DNA of 64,000 nt from the IMG/VR virus record IMGVR_UViG_3300017648_000198, positions 1,732 through 65,731 of that record, one strand, 5' to 3'. The position numbers and the translations under genes are program-made. The notes under the pieces are model-generated. The model was not told the origin of the DNA, ran no database searches, and saw nothing but the letters and a program-made list of their open reading frames with translations. Shown here in pieces: positions 53,313 through 63,293 of the stretch. The stretch comes from a virus (Duplodnaviria; Caudoviricetes). Position 1 is the stretch's first letter. Each line of letters starts with the position of its first letter.

Positions 53313-56300
53313 ATGGCAATCGGAGGTGGATCAGCAACAGACGTAGGTTCGATACGCGCGGGATTTGTCGTTGATATAGCGGACGGCAAGCGTAAGATGA
53401 CGGAGATTCGGACGGAATTGACGCAGACGGCGAGTAAGGCGAAGGAATCGAGTAAAGGTATGAAAGAGTTCGGCGATTCAATCAAGGAAGCCGCGGAAAA
53501 ACGCAAGCAGCTTGATGAACTCGGCAAAACGCTAGATAACGTCAACGCTCGTATAGAAAATCAGAAGAAGACGTTGAAGACGCTAAAAGAAGCGTATGCT
53601 GCAACGTTTGAGGAAGATAAGAAAACGAAACTAGAGGCGAAAATACTAAGCCTTGAAGCATCGCTTATTAGCTTGACTAAAACGTCGGACCGGACAGCGC
53701 GCGAAATGTGGGAACTCGAAGATAGTCTGAACCAAACGGAAGTCGCGACGGATAAGGCGGAGAGTTCGTTCGGCGGTCTTAAATCTGCATTAACAGCGCT
53801 AGGAGCCGGTGCGGCGGCAGCAGGTATCGCAAAAACGGTAACGACACTTGTTGACGAAGCGAACAAACTCGGCAATGCGTTATCCGGCGTTAAGCAAGTT
53901 GCAGCGGCACTCGGACAGGACGTCGGAAAAGTAACGGCGGCAACGGAAGAACTCGCGAACCGAGGTATCTTATCGTTAACCGAAGCGGCGACGGCGATCA
54001 AAACGGGACTAGCTACTGGCTATGATCTCGATCAAACGATTGCGCTTATTAATACGTTAACGGACGCGGCGGCGTACAATCGCGAGGCTCATTACGAGTG
54101 GGGCGAGGCTGTCGTAGTTGCGATGCAAGGTATCAAATCCGGCAACTCTACGTTAACGGACGCAGCCGGTATCACAACGAATCTATCCGTTATGCACGAC
54201 AAATTTGCGAAGTCACTCGGCACCACGGCGGATAAGTTGACGGACGCAGGCAAGGCGCAGGCGGCATATAACGGAATGATGCAGGAAGCCGGTATTTTCG
54301 CGGGCAATGCGGACGCGGCGCTCGAAGGTTATACGGGTACGAACAACTCGTTTAAGAAATCGATTGAAGAAGCACGCGTTGAACTTGGCGAGGCGTTTTT
54401 GCCGATCGTACAAGGAATTACAGAAGAGATTACGCCGCTTATCCAACGTTTTACGGATTGGGCATCCGTAAATAAAGACGTAGTAGCAGGCGCGACGGCG
54501 GCAGGATTCGCGATTACCGGACTGACAGCGGTACTTACGACGGCAATAACCGTAGTCACCGCGTTAAAGTTCGCAGTCGATGCGTTAAAGATTTCGTTAG
54601 GACCGGCAGGATGGTTTTTACTCGGAGTGAGCGCAATCGCTACGGGCTTATCCGCGTATTCGGTGGCAGCGGATGCGGCAACGGAATCGACGTGGCAATT
54701 TGCGAAAAGCCAAGAGGAGCTTAACGAAAAGTTAAACGAATCACCGCTAAATCGTACGGTCGATGATTTGAAAAAGCTGCAGGCGGATTATGACGAACTA
54801 AACCGTTTACTCGAACGTCAAGCCGAGATCATCGAAGAAATGAACGCCTTGCCGAATTTTAACGGAGGTATGACGGAAGAAGCGAAAGCTGCAATACCGG
54901 TGCAGCGCGCGTTATCGGAAGAACTTTCGGAAGTTAAAGATGCACTGGAAGCGCTCGGTATTACTACGGAAGAAGAAGGCACGGAAAAGCTTGCTCGTAT
55001 GCGCGAAGAAATCGAAGCATCTACGCCGGCACTCCGCGAGCTTCGTAACGAAACGCTAAGTCAAATCGCCGCACAAGAAGACGCCGTCTCCGAAACGGAA
55101 AAGCTTGCAGATCGATACCGCGAGTTAACGTCGCAAACGGAACTAACGAAGGAACAATCGGACGAGTTAACGTCGATCGTACGTAAACTTACCGAAAACT
55201 ATCCGGAGCTACATGCGGAAATGGACGAGCAAGGGCGCTTGCTTATTGTGAATGAATCGTTAATTCGCGACTTAATTGCGGCTGAATCGGAATCGGTCGA
55301 CATTTTGATTGCCGGAGAGCGTGCGAAGACGGACGCGTTATTGGCGACGGCAGAGGCTGCGTTGACTTCGGCGGAGAACCAGTTGACCGCGTTAGAAGCG
55401 GTGGCAAATGCATATTCGCAAGAGATCACCGTGCCGGAAATAAAAAGCACGAATCCGCATTTTAACGATATCTTACAAACCGGACACATACTCAACTCGC
55501 CAACTTTCGGAGAGGTTGCGGCGGCTCGTTATCAGATACCTGGTGCGAAAGAAGAAGTCGCTAATCGACGCGGTGAGGTCAACAAACTTCGTAATGACCT
55601 AGCGGTTTTCGATACAGACTGGCGAGCATTGGCCGGAAGCACAAGTTCCGAGACTAAGTCGTACACCGAACCCGGCAAGGAAAAGAAGTCGAAAACGAAA
55701 ACGACGAAGGAAAAAACGGCCGAGGAAATCGCGGAGGAATCGTATCGTGAATCGTTAAAGTATATCCAGTATAAACGCGACCTCAATCAAATGTCGGAAG
55801 AGCAGGAAATTGCCGCGCTCGAACGGCTGCTCGAACGGCACGGTCAGTACGAAGACATTCGTATGGACGCGGAAGTCCGCATTTATAAAATCCGCGAACA
55901 AATGGATGCCGACGCGAAGAAAAAAGCGGAGCAAGCCGAAAAGGAAGCGAAGAAGAAGGCGGACGAAGACGCGAAAGCGGCGAAAAAGAAAGCGGAAGAG
56001 GAAGCGAAGGCTGCGGAAAAAGCGGAGCGTGACCGTTTCCAGGCGTCCGTCGAGTGGATCGAAAAGAAGACCCGCGAAATGACGGAAGCCGGCGCAACCG
56101 AAGCGGAGATTGCGCAGATGCAGCTTGATGCGTGGACCCGCGTACGTAACCGTTATTCGAAGGATTCCGACTACTATAAACGCGCGGATAAGGAAATGTA
56201 CGGTGCCCGCATGGATTTACGCAAACAAGACGAAAAGTTAGCGAAGGAAATCGCTGACCAACAGAAAGATCACGTTAAGGATTCGTTAAAGGCGATCGAG

Positions 56301-57242
56301 GATTTGAAGAACGCCGAGCTTAAAGCGTTAGATGAACGTAGGAAAGCGGTCGAGAAGCACTACGAATCGCTGCTACGTAGTATCGACGAATCCGAACGGG
56401 GCCGCGAGCGGGCGGAAATCGAAGCCGAAGCGGAGAAATACCGTTATGCTACGTCGGAAAAAGGTAAGAAGCAATACGCCGATTTACTCGAACGGCTACG
56501 CAAGATGGACGTTGAGGATCAGAAGCAGGCACTCGAAGACGAACGTGACACTAAGCTTGACAGCTTAGACGAACAGAAGGCGGATATCGAATCGTGGTAC
56601 GACGATATTAAAGCGGCGGCGGACAACTTTAACGGCGATATGATTGCGATGTACCAATTAACGGAGGATGCCCGGTTAAAAGCCTTTGTTACGACGAATC
56701 AGCAGATAATAGCGGAAATGGTCAAGTTTCAGACGGAAATGGCGGCGTTACAAGATTCGGCGGCGGCCGTCGGGAACTCGGCAGTCATTGCGCAAATGTC
56801 CGCGAATAGTAAGGCGTGGAAAACAGCGGATACGAGTACCCGCGAGTTGTTAGCGGCGGAGAATCAACGGCTCGGACAATCGATTAACGCAACATATAAC
56901 AGTGGCTCCGGCAAATGGTTCGGCGCGGACGGATTGCCGTTATTTCATACGGGACGCGACGGAGAAACAGGGCAGACGTTTAGCGTTGGCGACCGCTTAA
57001 TGCCGGACGAAATTGCGGCAATCTTACGTGATACGGAATACGTGTTCAATCCGGGACAATTACGTTCGTTATTAGACGCGCGCGGCGGCGGAAATGTCGT
57101 TAACATCGAAATCGAAAAGGTCGTCGGACTTGAAATCGGCGAGGCAACCGTCGAGGATACGATAGATATTACAGCATATGGACGTACAGGCAACGAGTTA
57201 GCGGCTGATCTCGTACGTCAGCAATTTACGAAAGGGGAGTAG
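53313..57242 (+). CDS. Tape measure protein
   Basis: 1309 aa, Ala-rich and coiled-coil; FHTG near the C-terminus. Confidence 0.92.
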   Translation: MAIGGGSATDVGSIRAGFVVDIADGKRKMTEIRTELTQTASKAKESSKGMKEFGDSIKEAAEKRKQLDELGKTLDNVNARIENQKKTLKTLKEAYAATFEEDKKTKLEAKILSLEASLISLTKTSDRTAREMWELEDSLNQTEVATDKAESSFGGLKSALTALGAGAAAAGIAKTVTTLVDEANKLGNALSGVKQVAAALGQDVGKVTAATEELANRGILSLTEAATAIKTGLATGYDLDQTIALINTLTDAAAYNREAHYEWGEAVVVAMQGIKSGNSTLTDAAGITTNLSVMHDKFAKSLGTTADKLTDAGKAQAAYNGMMQEAGIFAGNADAALEGYTGTNNSFKKSIEEARVELGEAFLPIVQGITEEITPLIQRFTDWASVNKDVVAGATAAGFAITGLTAVLTTAITVVTALKFAVDALKISLGPAGWFLLGVSAIATGLSAYSVAADAATESTWQFAKSQEELNEKLNESPLNRTVDDLKKLQADYDELNRLLERQAEIIEEMNALPNFNGGMTEEAKAAIPVQRALSEELSEVKDALEALGITTEEEGTEKLARMREEIEASTPALRELRNETLSQIAAQEDAVSETEKLADRYRELTSQTELTKEQSDELTSIVRKLTENYPELHAEMDEQGRLLIVNESLIRDLIAAESESVDILIAGERAKTDALLATAEAALTSAENQLTALEAVANAYSQEITVPEIKSTNPHFNDILQTGHILNSPTFGEVAAARYQIPGAKEEVANRRGEVNKLRNDLAVFDTDWRALAGSTSSETKSYTEPGKEKKSKTKTTKEKTAEEIAEESYRESLKYIQYKRDLNQMSEEQEIAALERLLERHGQYEDIRMDAEVRIYKIREQMDADAKKKAEQAEKEAKKKADEDAKAAKKKAEEEAKAAEKAERDRFQASVEWIEKKTREMTEAGATEAEIAQMQLDAWTRVRNRYSKDSDYYKRADKEMYGARMDLRKQDEKLAKEIADQQKDHVKDSLKAIEDLKNAELKALDERRKAVEKHYESLLRSIDESERGRERAEIEAEAEKYRYATSEKGKKQYADLLERLRKMDVEDQKQALEDERDTKLDSLDEQKADIESWYDDIKAAADNFNGDMIAMYQLTEDARLKAFVTTNQQIIAEMVKFQTEMAALQDSAAAVGNSAVIAQMSANSKAWKTADTSTRELLAAENQRLGQSINATYNSGSGKWFGADGLPLFHTGRDGETGQTFSVGDRLMPDEIAAILRDTEYVFNPGQLRSLLDARGGGNVVNIEIEKVVGLEIGEATVEDTIDITAYGRTGNELAADLVRQQFTKGE

Positions 57243-57249
57243 GCGACGG

Positions 57250-58020
57250 ATGACATACAGCTTTACGTACAAAGGACGTGACGTGACGGAGTTTGGCGGG
57301 CGCCTACTCCGCTATAACGTCGGCAGTCCGCAGCTTCGAGAATACGAAGATACCGTTGCCGGACGCGACGGCGTTATCGATTACGGAACCGAACTCGGTA
57401 AGCGTGAAATCGAAGTCGTATTCGATATTGATCCGAACGATACGCAGTTTAAGCGGAGGCAGTCGCAAATATTATCGTGGCTGAAACCGAATGGGGCGGG
57501 CGAGTTAACGTTTAGCGACATGCCCGACCGTTATTTTACCGCGAAGATGACGGGAACGCTCGCCGCGGAACAAATCGGCAAATACGGCGAGTTCCGTATC
57601 ACGTTCAAGGCGTCCGATCCTTACGCATATTCGAAAACGGATTCGCTAGATATCGTACTAGATTCGGATATTTTACTAGACGAAGATATTACGTTAGACG
57701 ACGCGTGGTCGTTCAATGTGACGTCTCCGCAAACGGTAACGGTCAACAACTGGGGATACGAAGACGTCCGCCCGATTATTACGATTAGCGGAAGTTGGTC
57801 GACCGTATCTGTTGCCGGTATGACGTATAACACGGCGGCGAGTAGTAAAACGTTAATCATCGACTGTGTCCGTGAAACAGCTACGATTGACGGAGTGTCG
57901 GTACTCGGCAATATAACGGGCGGTTTCGTGACGTTAACGCCCGGCGAGAATACGGTTAGCATCGGAGGAACGGCGCTTAATTGTACGGTGAGTTTCGGGT
58001 TTCGTTCGAGATATTTATAA
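57250..58020 (+). CDS. Distal tail protein (Dit)
   Basis: GRDG.IDYG..LG.R.I, L.FSD.PDRYF, F.ASDPYAY, GGFVTL.PG.N. Confidence 0.85.
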   Translation: MTYSFTYKGRDVTEFGGRLLRYNVGSPQLREYEDTVAGRDGVIDYGTELGKREIEVVFDIDPNDTQFKRRQSQILSWLKPNGAGELTFSDMPDRYFTAKMTGTLAAEQIGKYGEFRITFKASDPYAYSKTDSLDIVLDSDILLDEDITLDDAWSFNVTSPQTVTVNNWGYEDVRPIITISGSWSTVSVAGMTYNTAASSKTLIIDCVRETATIDGVSVLGNITGGFVTLTPGENTVSIGGTALNCTVSFGFRSRYL

Positions 58021-58056
58021 GACGATATAACAATAGTTACGGAAGGGGAGCGACTG

Positions 58057-59769
58057 ATGGCGGAAATTACGCAATTAACGGGTGATATGACGTTACGGGA
58101 AATGTACCCGAAAGTTAACGCAAACGTAACGAAGGTTAACGCAGAGATTACGTCACATAAAGCGTCGGATGCAGCGCACGGGGCGGATGCAATTACGTAT
58201 AGTGGCGATGTGAGCGGGGCGGCGAACGTTAAGCAGGCGGTTGATAAGCTTAAACAACGTGTCGATACGATAGTTTCGCAGGCGGGCGACGATAATACGG
58301 AGATAGTGGATGCGCGCGGTGATGCTCCGGTACTCGGCGACAGACTAAACGGACTTGATGCACAGTTGGCGGATATTGCGATAATACCTAAGCTTCAAGA
58401 TGGCGAATCAAATTGGACAGACGCCATACATCGTGCAATAGCCGAAGCGAAATCTTCGGGTCGTAATCGTGTATATTTTTATTCGGGTGTCTATGAGCAT
58501 GACGGGATATTAATTGAAGAATGCGACTACTTGATATTCGAAGGGCATAAAGACGCGATATTAAAATTATCGGAAGAATCAACTGCACATGTCATTCAAG
58601 TAAGAAATAGTAAGTACGTTAAAATTTCAGGTTTAACAATCGAAGGTAATTTACAATTGAACGATGAAGACTTGCTTAATTCTCGTGGAATATCCTTGAG
58701 CACCGGTGCAAAAGGATGCACTATTGACAATGTGTTGGTTAAAGGCACAAAAGGAGACGGAATACTTTTAGGTGATGTTAATCAAGCTAGCAACGTGCAA
58801 GTTAGAGGTTCTGGCGGCTATGGAATTGTTGTTGGGGCTGATTGTAATTTGTCTAATTGTCAGGCAGGCGTCACTTATCGAGAGGGATTTAATTTCCAAG
58901 GCGGTAATACAAACGCATCATCCATTTATGCTTGGATGTCAGGCAATAACGAGGATTACCAATTGGCACAGAATGTAGATTGCGATGGAATACGCATAGC
59001 TGGTAAAAACGTTGTCCTTGCTGGTTTTAATGTCCTTGCATCGAATCGGCATGGTGTGTTTTTAAGTTCGACCTTCGGAGCGAACATTACTGGAACAGTT
59101 GATAGATGCGGCAGAAATTCTTATTACAATAATGGCTCTTGTGGTGTGTATGTGAATAACGCTAAATCCAGCATCGTTAACGTATCTGTACAAAATAATG
59201 ATTACGACTCCGTTGATGATGAGGGATTGACCAAAACCGCAGTACATGTTCAAAATCCTAATCTTTCATCTACGAACAACACAATTAATGTTACATCATC
59301 TAATGTTGATAATCTAATTACAACTAGTGATACTGCCAATTTAGAAAATAGCAATTTACTCACGCCACTTTTATTGACAGAAAGGAACAAACAAAAAAAT
59401 AGGTTCATTGGAACGTATAGTGATAGTATCTCCAACAGCACATCAATTTATCCGCAATTCTCAGCAAGTGCATCTGTAGGATTTGAACAAAAAGAAGACA
59501 ATCATATTTATGTAGGTGAATCTGGATTATATAGTATTCATGTAGATGCAAGTTTATCCGCAGGAACAGGATTGAAAATCCTAGCAATTCAGAGAAACTC
59601 TAGTAATATAGACAGTTATAGTGGAGAAACATCAAATGCAGAAAGTTTTAAGTTTGATCGGATTATGCGTTTAAATGCAAATGATCGTATTCGTTTCCGT
59701 TTCTTTCAAAGCACTGGAGCTGCATTAGATGGAACTTGTAACATTGAAATATATTACTTACACAGTTAG
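58057..59769 (+). CDS. Tail fibre/spike with right-handed beta-helix (pectate-lyase-like)
   Basis: EIVDARG anchor, LDAQLADI junction, AIHRAI, repeated G/N-rich beta-helix rungs. Confidence 0.75.
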   Translation: MAEITQLTGDMTLREMYPKVNANVTKVNAEITSHKASDAAHGADAITYSGDVSGAANVKQAVDKLKQRVDTIVSQAGDDNTEIVDARGDAPVLGDRLNGLDAQLADIAIIPKLQDGESNWTDAIHRAIAEAKSSGRNRVYFYSGVYEHDGILIEECDYLIFEGHKDAILKLSEESTAHVIQVRNSKYVKISGLTIEGNLQLNDEDLLNSRGISLSTGAKGCTIDNVLVKGTKGDGILLGDVNQASNVQVRGSGGYGIVVGADCNLSNCQAGVTYREGFNFQGGNTNASSIYAWMSGNNEDYQLAQNVDCDGIRIAGKNVVLAGFNVLASNRHGVFLSSTFGANITGTVDRCGRNSYYNNGSCGVYVNNAKSSIVNVSVQNNDYDSVDDEGLTKTAVHVQNPNLSSTNNTINVTSSNVDNLITTSDTANLENSNLLTPLLLTERNKQKNRFIGTYSDSISNSTSIYPQFSASASVGFEQKEDNHIYVGESGLYSIHVDASLSAGTGLKILAIQRNSSNIDSYSGETSNAESFKFDRIMRLNANDRIRFRFFQSTGAALDGTCNIEIYYLHS

Positions 59770-59783
59770 GGAGGGAGCTTGGT

Positions 59784-60143
59784 ATGGCTATAACAAAAAC
59801 AGTTACTATTGAGTTAGTGTATCGCAATCACGATTTACAATATGACGAAGATTTTCAAGAAACTTTCGAATTCTTAAAAGATAACGATCCATCTTTAGTA
59901 AAAGAGATCGTTAAAAGTGTAGATGTTGAAGATGCTTATATTGTCATAAGTCAATTAAGTGGTAATAAAGATCGTATTAACTATACTTTGTCTATTTATA
60001 CAGATAACTCAAAAAAACATCTAATCACTACTAGGCACTATATCTTTGTACCTGATGTATCAACTGATACAACGCCTAACTATCACGTACAAGCTTATAA
60101 TCACGCTAAAGCAAATGAGTATGTTGGGGCAATTGATTGTTGA
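59784..60143 (+). CDS. Tail-fibre-associated small protein
   Basis: DAYI.I..LSGNK ... QAY..AK...GAIDC; follows the fibre gene. Confidence 0.55.
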   Translation: MAITKTVTIELVYRNHDLQYDEDFQETFEFLKDNDPSLVKEIVKSVDVEDAYIVISQLSGNKDRINYTLSIYTDNSKKHLITTRHYIFVPDVSTDTTPNYHVQAYNHAKANEYVGAIDC

Positions 60144-60175
60144 ACATACGGACCAAACTGTTTACTAAACGATAG

Positions 60176-60202
60176 GACGCTGCCACTCCGTAGCGTCTTT
60201 TT
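60176..60202 (+). terminator. Terminator-like hairpin
   Basis: GGACGCTGC/GTAGCGTCT followed by TTTT. Confidence 0.55.
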
Positions 60203-60230
60203 CGCATACCCAACGAAAGGAGGACGTTAT

Positions 60231-61982
60231 TTGCCGAATCAATCGTTAACACTCGAAACCTACGTCGGCAGCAACGCCGTTCACCGCCTGCCCGCCGCCA
60301 TGAACGTACTCATTAAGCAGCGGCTAAACGGTCACTATTACGTTACCTTTACGTATCCGCGACTGCCCGACGACGATGAACGTTATGGGGCGCTGATCGA
60401 ACGTAATCACATCGTAATGCCCGATAACGTATCTGATGCAGCCGCCGGTCAGCGTTTCGTCATCAAGTCCGTATCGGAAATTCGGTCGGGCGCCCGCGTA
60501 TATAAACAGGTCGAGGCGCATCACGTCGCGTTCGAGCTCGGACGATATTACCTCGATTCGTACACGGACTTTGCCGCATCCGTTTCGCCGGCTTCGCTAC
60601 TTACGCAAATCGGTAATAACACGCCGTTTACGATGGCGATTTCCGGTTCATTCACGGCACAGGACGTATGGGATTTCGGCGAGGTACGGAAAAACGCGGC
60701 GCTCGAATACGTCCGAACTACGTTTGAAGCCGACCTCGAATACGATAACTACGAAATTACGTTAACGACGCGGGCGGGGGCGAATCGGGGCGCGTCCGTA
60801 AGATACCGTAAAAATCTCGCCGGCATTACGCGAAAAAGTCACGACATGGAACGGATTACCCGTTTATATGGCTACGGTAAGAACGGACTGACCATCGAAG
60901 GCTATTCCGGTTATACAACGAAATATATCGATTCCGTTTATTTTGACGAGAACCATCCGTACGAAGGCTCCGTTACCTTTTCGGACATCGATACACAGGC
61001 GGGGCTATTAACGGCGATGCAGAAGCATTTGCGCGAGTACGAGTTGCCGGCTGTGTCCTACGATATAGATTTCGTTCAACTCGAAAAAGCCGATCCGTCG
61101 GCAACTTCCGATATTATCCATACCGTCGGCGATACGGTTACGGTGTACGACGATGACCTCGGATACCATTTCGACGCGCGCGTTACGGAATATGACCGTT
61201 ATCCGTTCGAACCACGGAAGGCCCGCGTAACACTGGCTAATTTCCGCGAGTTAACCGCGTCCGATTACGTATGGAAAGCGACGGTCGGCGGGCAGCAGGC
61301 GATAAAGTATACGAATAAGCACGCGGTAATGAAAGGCGTGAAGTATGACGATTCCATAACGTTAGTCGACGGAATGGGCATGGCGGTGTCCGACGATTTA
61401 GACCGTATACGTGTCCGTTTAGGTCAAGTGGCGGCGGGCGAATACGGTATGACGTTGTACAATAAAGCGGGCACGCGGACGTTGTGGCTCGATGCGACAA
61501 CGGGAGACGCGGTATTTGCCGGTAATGTAATTGGCGCGAGCATCTTCGGATCAAATTTCCGTACGAACGCCGGCAGTTATCCATACGTTGAGTTATCGTC
61601 GGACAATAACGTGTTTAAGGCGGCGAAGTCGGCGTCGGGTTATTACGAAATTGTTGCGGACCCTTCGTCTTATGCTTCACCAGTTATTTACCATACGGAC
61701 GGTACTGCGATGGCGTTGACTGGCGTCTTGAGCGGTAACTACTTTTCGCTAGTTTCCGGAGGTAATTACGATATTGGGGCGTCGAGCGGAGCGTTTAGGG
61801 TAAATAGCGACACCGTCAGTGTAACAGCGAATCAAACTAATTTTAATAGTCATATATTCGTCCCTAGTAGTAAAAATCTAGTACTAGGAGGTACTTCTAA
61901 CTTGCTTTTTGGAAGTATGACACTGTCTTCCATATTAAATAGTATATTCTACAGGCTGGATGCCTTAGAGGCTGCAATTTAA
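60231..61982 (+). CDS. Tail-associated protein (Tal/prophage tail endopeptidase family)
   Basis: A.H..FEL, YDNY, YRKNL.GI, TRLYGYGKNGLTI, SYDIDF, GDTV.V.D.DLG. Confidence 0.85.
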   Translation: MPNQSLTLETYVGSNAVHRLPAAMNVLIKQRLNGHYYVTFTYPRLPDDDERYGALIERNHIVMPDNVSDAAAGQRFVIKSVSEIRSGARVYKQVEAHHVAFELGRYYLDSYTDFAASVSPASLLTQIGNNTPFTMAISGSFTAQDVWDFGEVRKNAALEYVRTTFEADLEYDNYEITLTTRAGANRGASVRYRKNLAGITRKSHDMERITRLYGYGKNGLTIEGYSGYTTKYIDSVYFDENHPYEGSVTFSDIDTQAGLLTAMQKHLREYELPAVSYDIDFVQLEKADPSATSDIIHTVGDTVTVYDDDLGYHFDARVTEYDRYPFEPRKARVTLANFRELTASDYVWKATVGGQQAIKYTNKHAVMKGVKYDDSITLVDGMGMAVSDDLDRIRVRLGQVAAGEYGMTLYNKAGTRTLWLDATTGDAVFAGNVIGASIFGSNFRTNAGSYPYVELSSDNNVFKAAKSASGYYEIVADPSSYASPVIYHTDGTAMALTGVLSGNYFSLVSGGNYDIGASSGAFRVNSDTVSVTANQTNFNSHIFVPSSKNLVLGGTSNLLFGSMTLSSILNSIFYRLDALEAAI

Positions 61983-62033
61983 CGAAACCTTTTCCCTAAA
62001 ATGTGGTATATTATAGAAAAGGAGGCGTTAGAT

Positions 62034-62558
62034 ATGCGGAAGCTATTAATTGCAGCGATAGTAGTGTCATTAGTCGGAGGAACTGCGGTTTACGCTAGTA
62101 CGACGTCGCTAGTTGGACGTAAGATACAATCCGAAGTTTCTGTTAATTTAGATGGAAAAGAAATCGGTAGTGGTTTTGTTGTTGACGGAACTTCGTACGT
62201 GCCACTACGTTTAATTGCAGAATCAACTGGACTTTCTGTGGGATATAAGAAAGGTGAGACGAAAGGAGAGGTTTCGTTGACAGCGGTAGAGACGGAGAAC
62301 GAGATAGACGTCGAGGCACTGCAAAAAGAACGTAGAACACTAGACGCAAGAGCGAATTTCTTGAAGGATGTTATTGTCGATAGTGAAAAAGCAATAGACC
62401 TCTATGGTGACGGCGTGAAAAACGCAGACGAAACAACTATCGATTATTTCGTAGATTCATTAGCGAAGTCAATTCAAGATAACGCAGATTATAAAAACGA
62501 ACTCGCACAAGTAAACGCCCGCATTGCGGAAGTCGACGAGATACTCAATCAACAGTAA
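62034..62558 (+). CDS. Secreted moron protein with stalk (copper-amine-oxidase N-terminal-like) domain and coiled coil
   Basis: Signal peptide MRKLLIAAIVVSLVGGTAVYA; DGTSYVPLRLIAE..G..V; extended -10 TGGTATATT; terminator at about 62572-62612. Confidence 0.75.
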   Translation: MRKLLIAAIVVSLVGGTAVYASTTSLVGRKIQSEVSVNLDGKEIGSGFVVDGTSYVPLRLIAESTGLSVGYKKGETKGEVSLTAVETENEIDVEALQKERRTLDARANFLKDVIVDSEKAIDLYGDGVKNADETTIDYFVDSLAKSIQDNADYKNELAQVNARIAEVDEILNQQ

Positions 62559-62637
62559 CGGAATATTACGAAAAGACTACGGACGTTGCCGAAAGCCGCC
62601 GTGGTCTTTTTCATTTTAAACGAAAGGTGGCGGAAAA

Positions 62638-62829
62638 GTGGCATATATACGTCATAAACTCGAAATCCTCGTCAATATCGACGAACCTGTAGCGGAGATA
62701 CAAAACGTAATATCCGCATTTATACAACTACATCCCGGCCGCGAACACGAAATACTGGCGGCACTACAACGCAATATTAACGAAGCTATTACGAAAATTG
62801 AAGCGGAAGGCGGCGGGGCGAATGAGTAA
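62638..62829 (+). CDS. Hypothetical protein
   Basis: GTG after AAAGGTGG. Confidence 0.6.
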   Translation: MAYIRHKLEILVNIDEPVAEIQNVISAFIQLHPGREHEILAALQRNINEAITKIEAEGGGANE

Positions 62830-63073
62830 CGCAGAATCGTCGGAAGTCCTACAGCGGTTAACGCGTGTAGAAACGAAAGTCGACGGAATGGATACGAAGC
62901 TGGATAACGCTATCCGTGCGAATGAGACGGCGATTTTGGCGCTAGAGCACGCCCGCCACGCAAACACCCGTATCGATAAAATCGAAGATAATCAACGTTG
63001 GTTATGGCGGACGTTCGGCGCGGTTATTATCGTAGCTGTCGCAACGTTCATTATTTCCGGTGGATTAAAATAG
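62822..63073 (+). CDS. Hemolysin XhlA-family membrane protein
   Basis: RLTRVETK ... RIDKIEDNQRWLWRT + TM. Confidence 0.8.
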   Translation: MSNAESSEVLQRLTRVETKVDGMDTKLDNAIRANETAILALEHARHANTRIDKIEDNQRWLWRTFGAVIIVAVATFIISGGLK

Positions 63074-63092
63074 ATTAACGGAGGGATTACGT

Positions 63093-63293
63093 ATGACAAA
63101 TTGGGCAAAGGCGGCAACGGTCCGCGCAATTAAAACGGCAGCACAGACGGCAATTGGGGCAATCGGTGCGACGACGGTATTTGGTGATGTAGATTGGCGC
63201 ATCGTGGGCGGTACAGTACTACTCGCGACGGTTACGAGTTTCCTTACGAGTTTGGCTGGACTGCCGGAAGTTGACGGGGGCGAATCGGAATGA
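63093..63293 (+). CDS. Holin
   Basis: RAIKTAAQT ... DW ... S.LTSLAGLPEV. Confidence 0.85.
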   Translation: MTNWAKAATVRAIKTAAQTAIGAIGATTVFGDVDWRIVGGTVLLATVTSFLTSLAGLPEVDGGESE

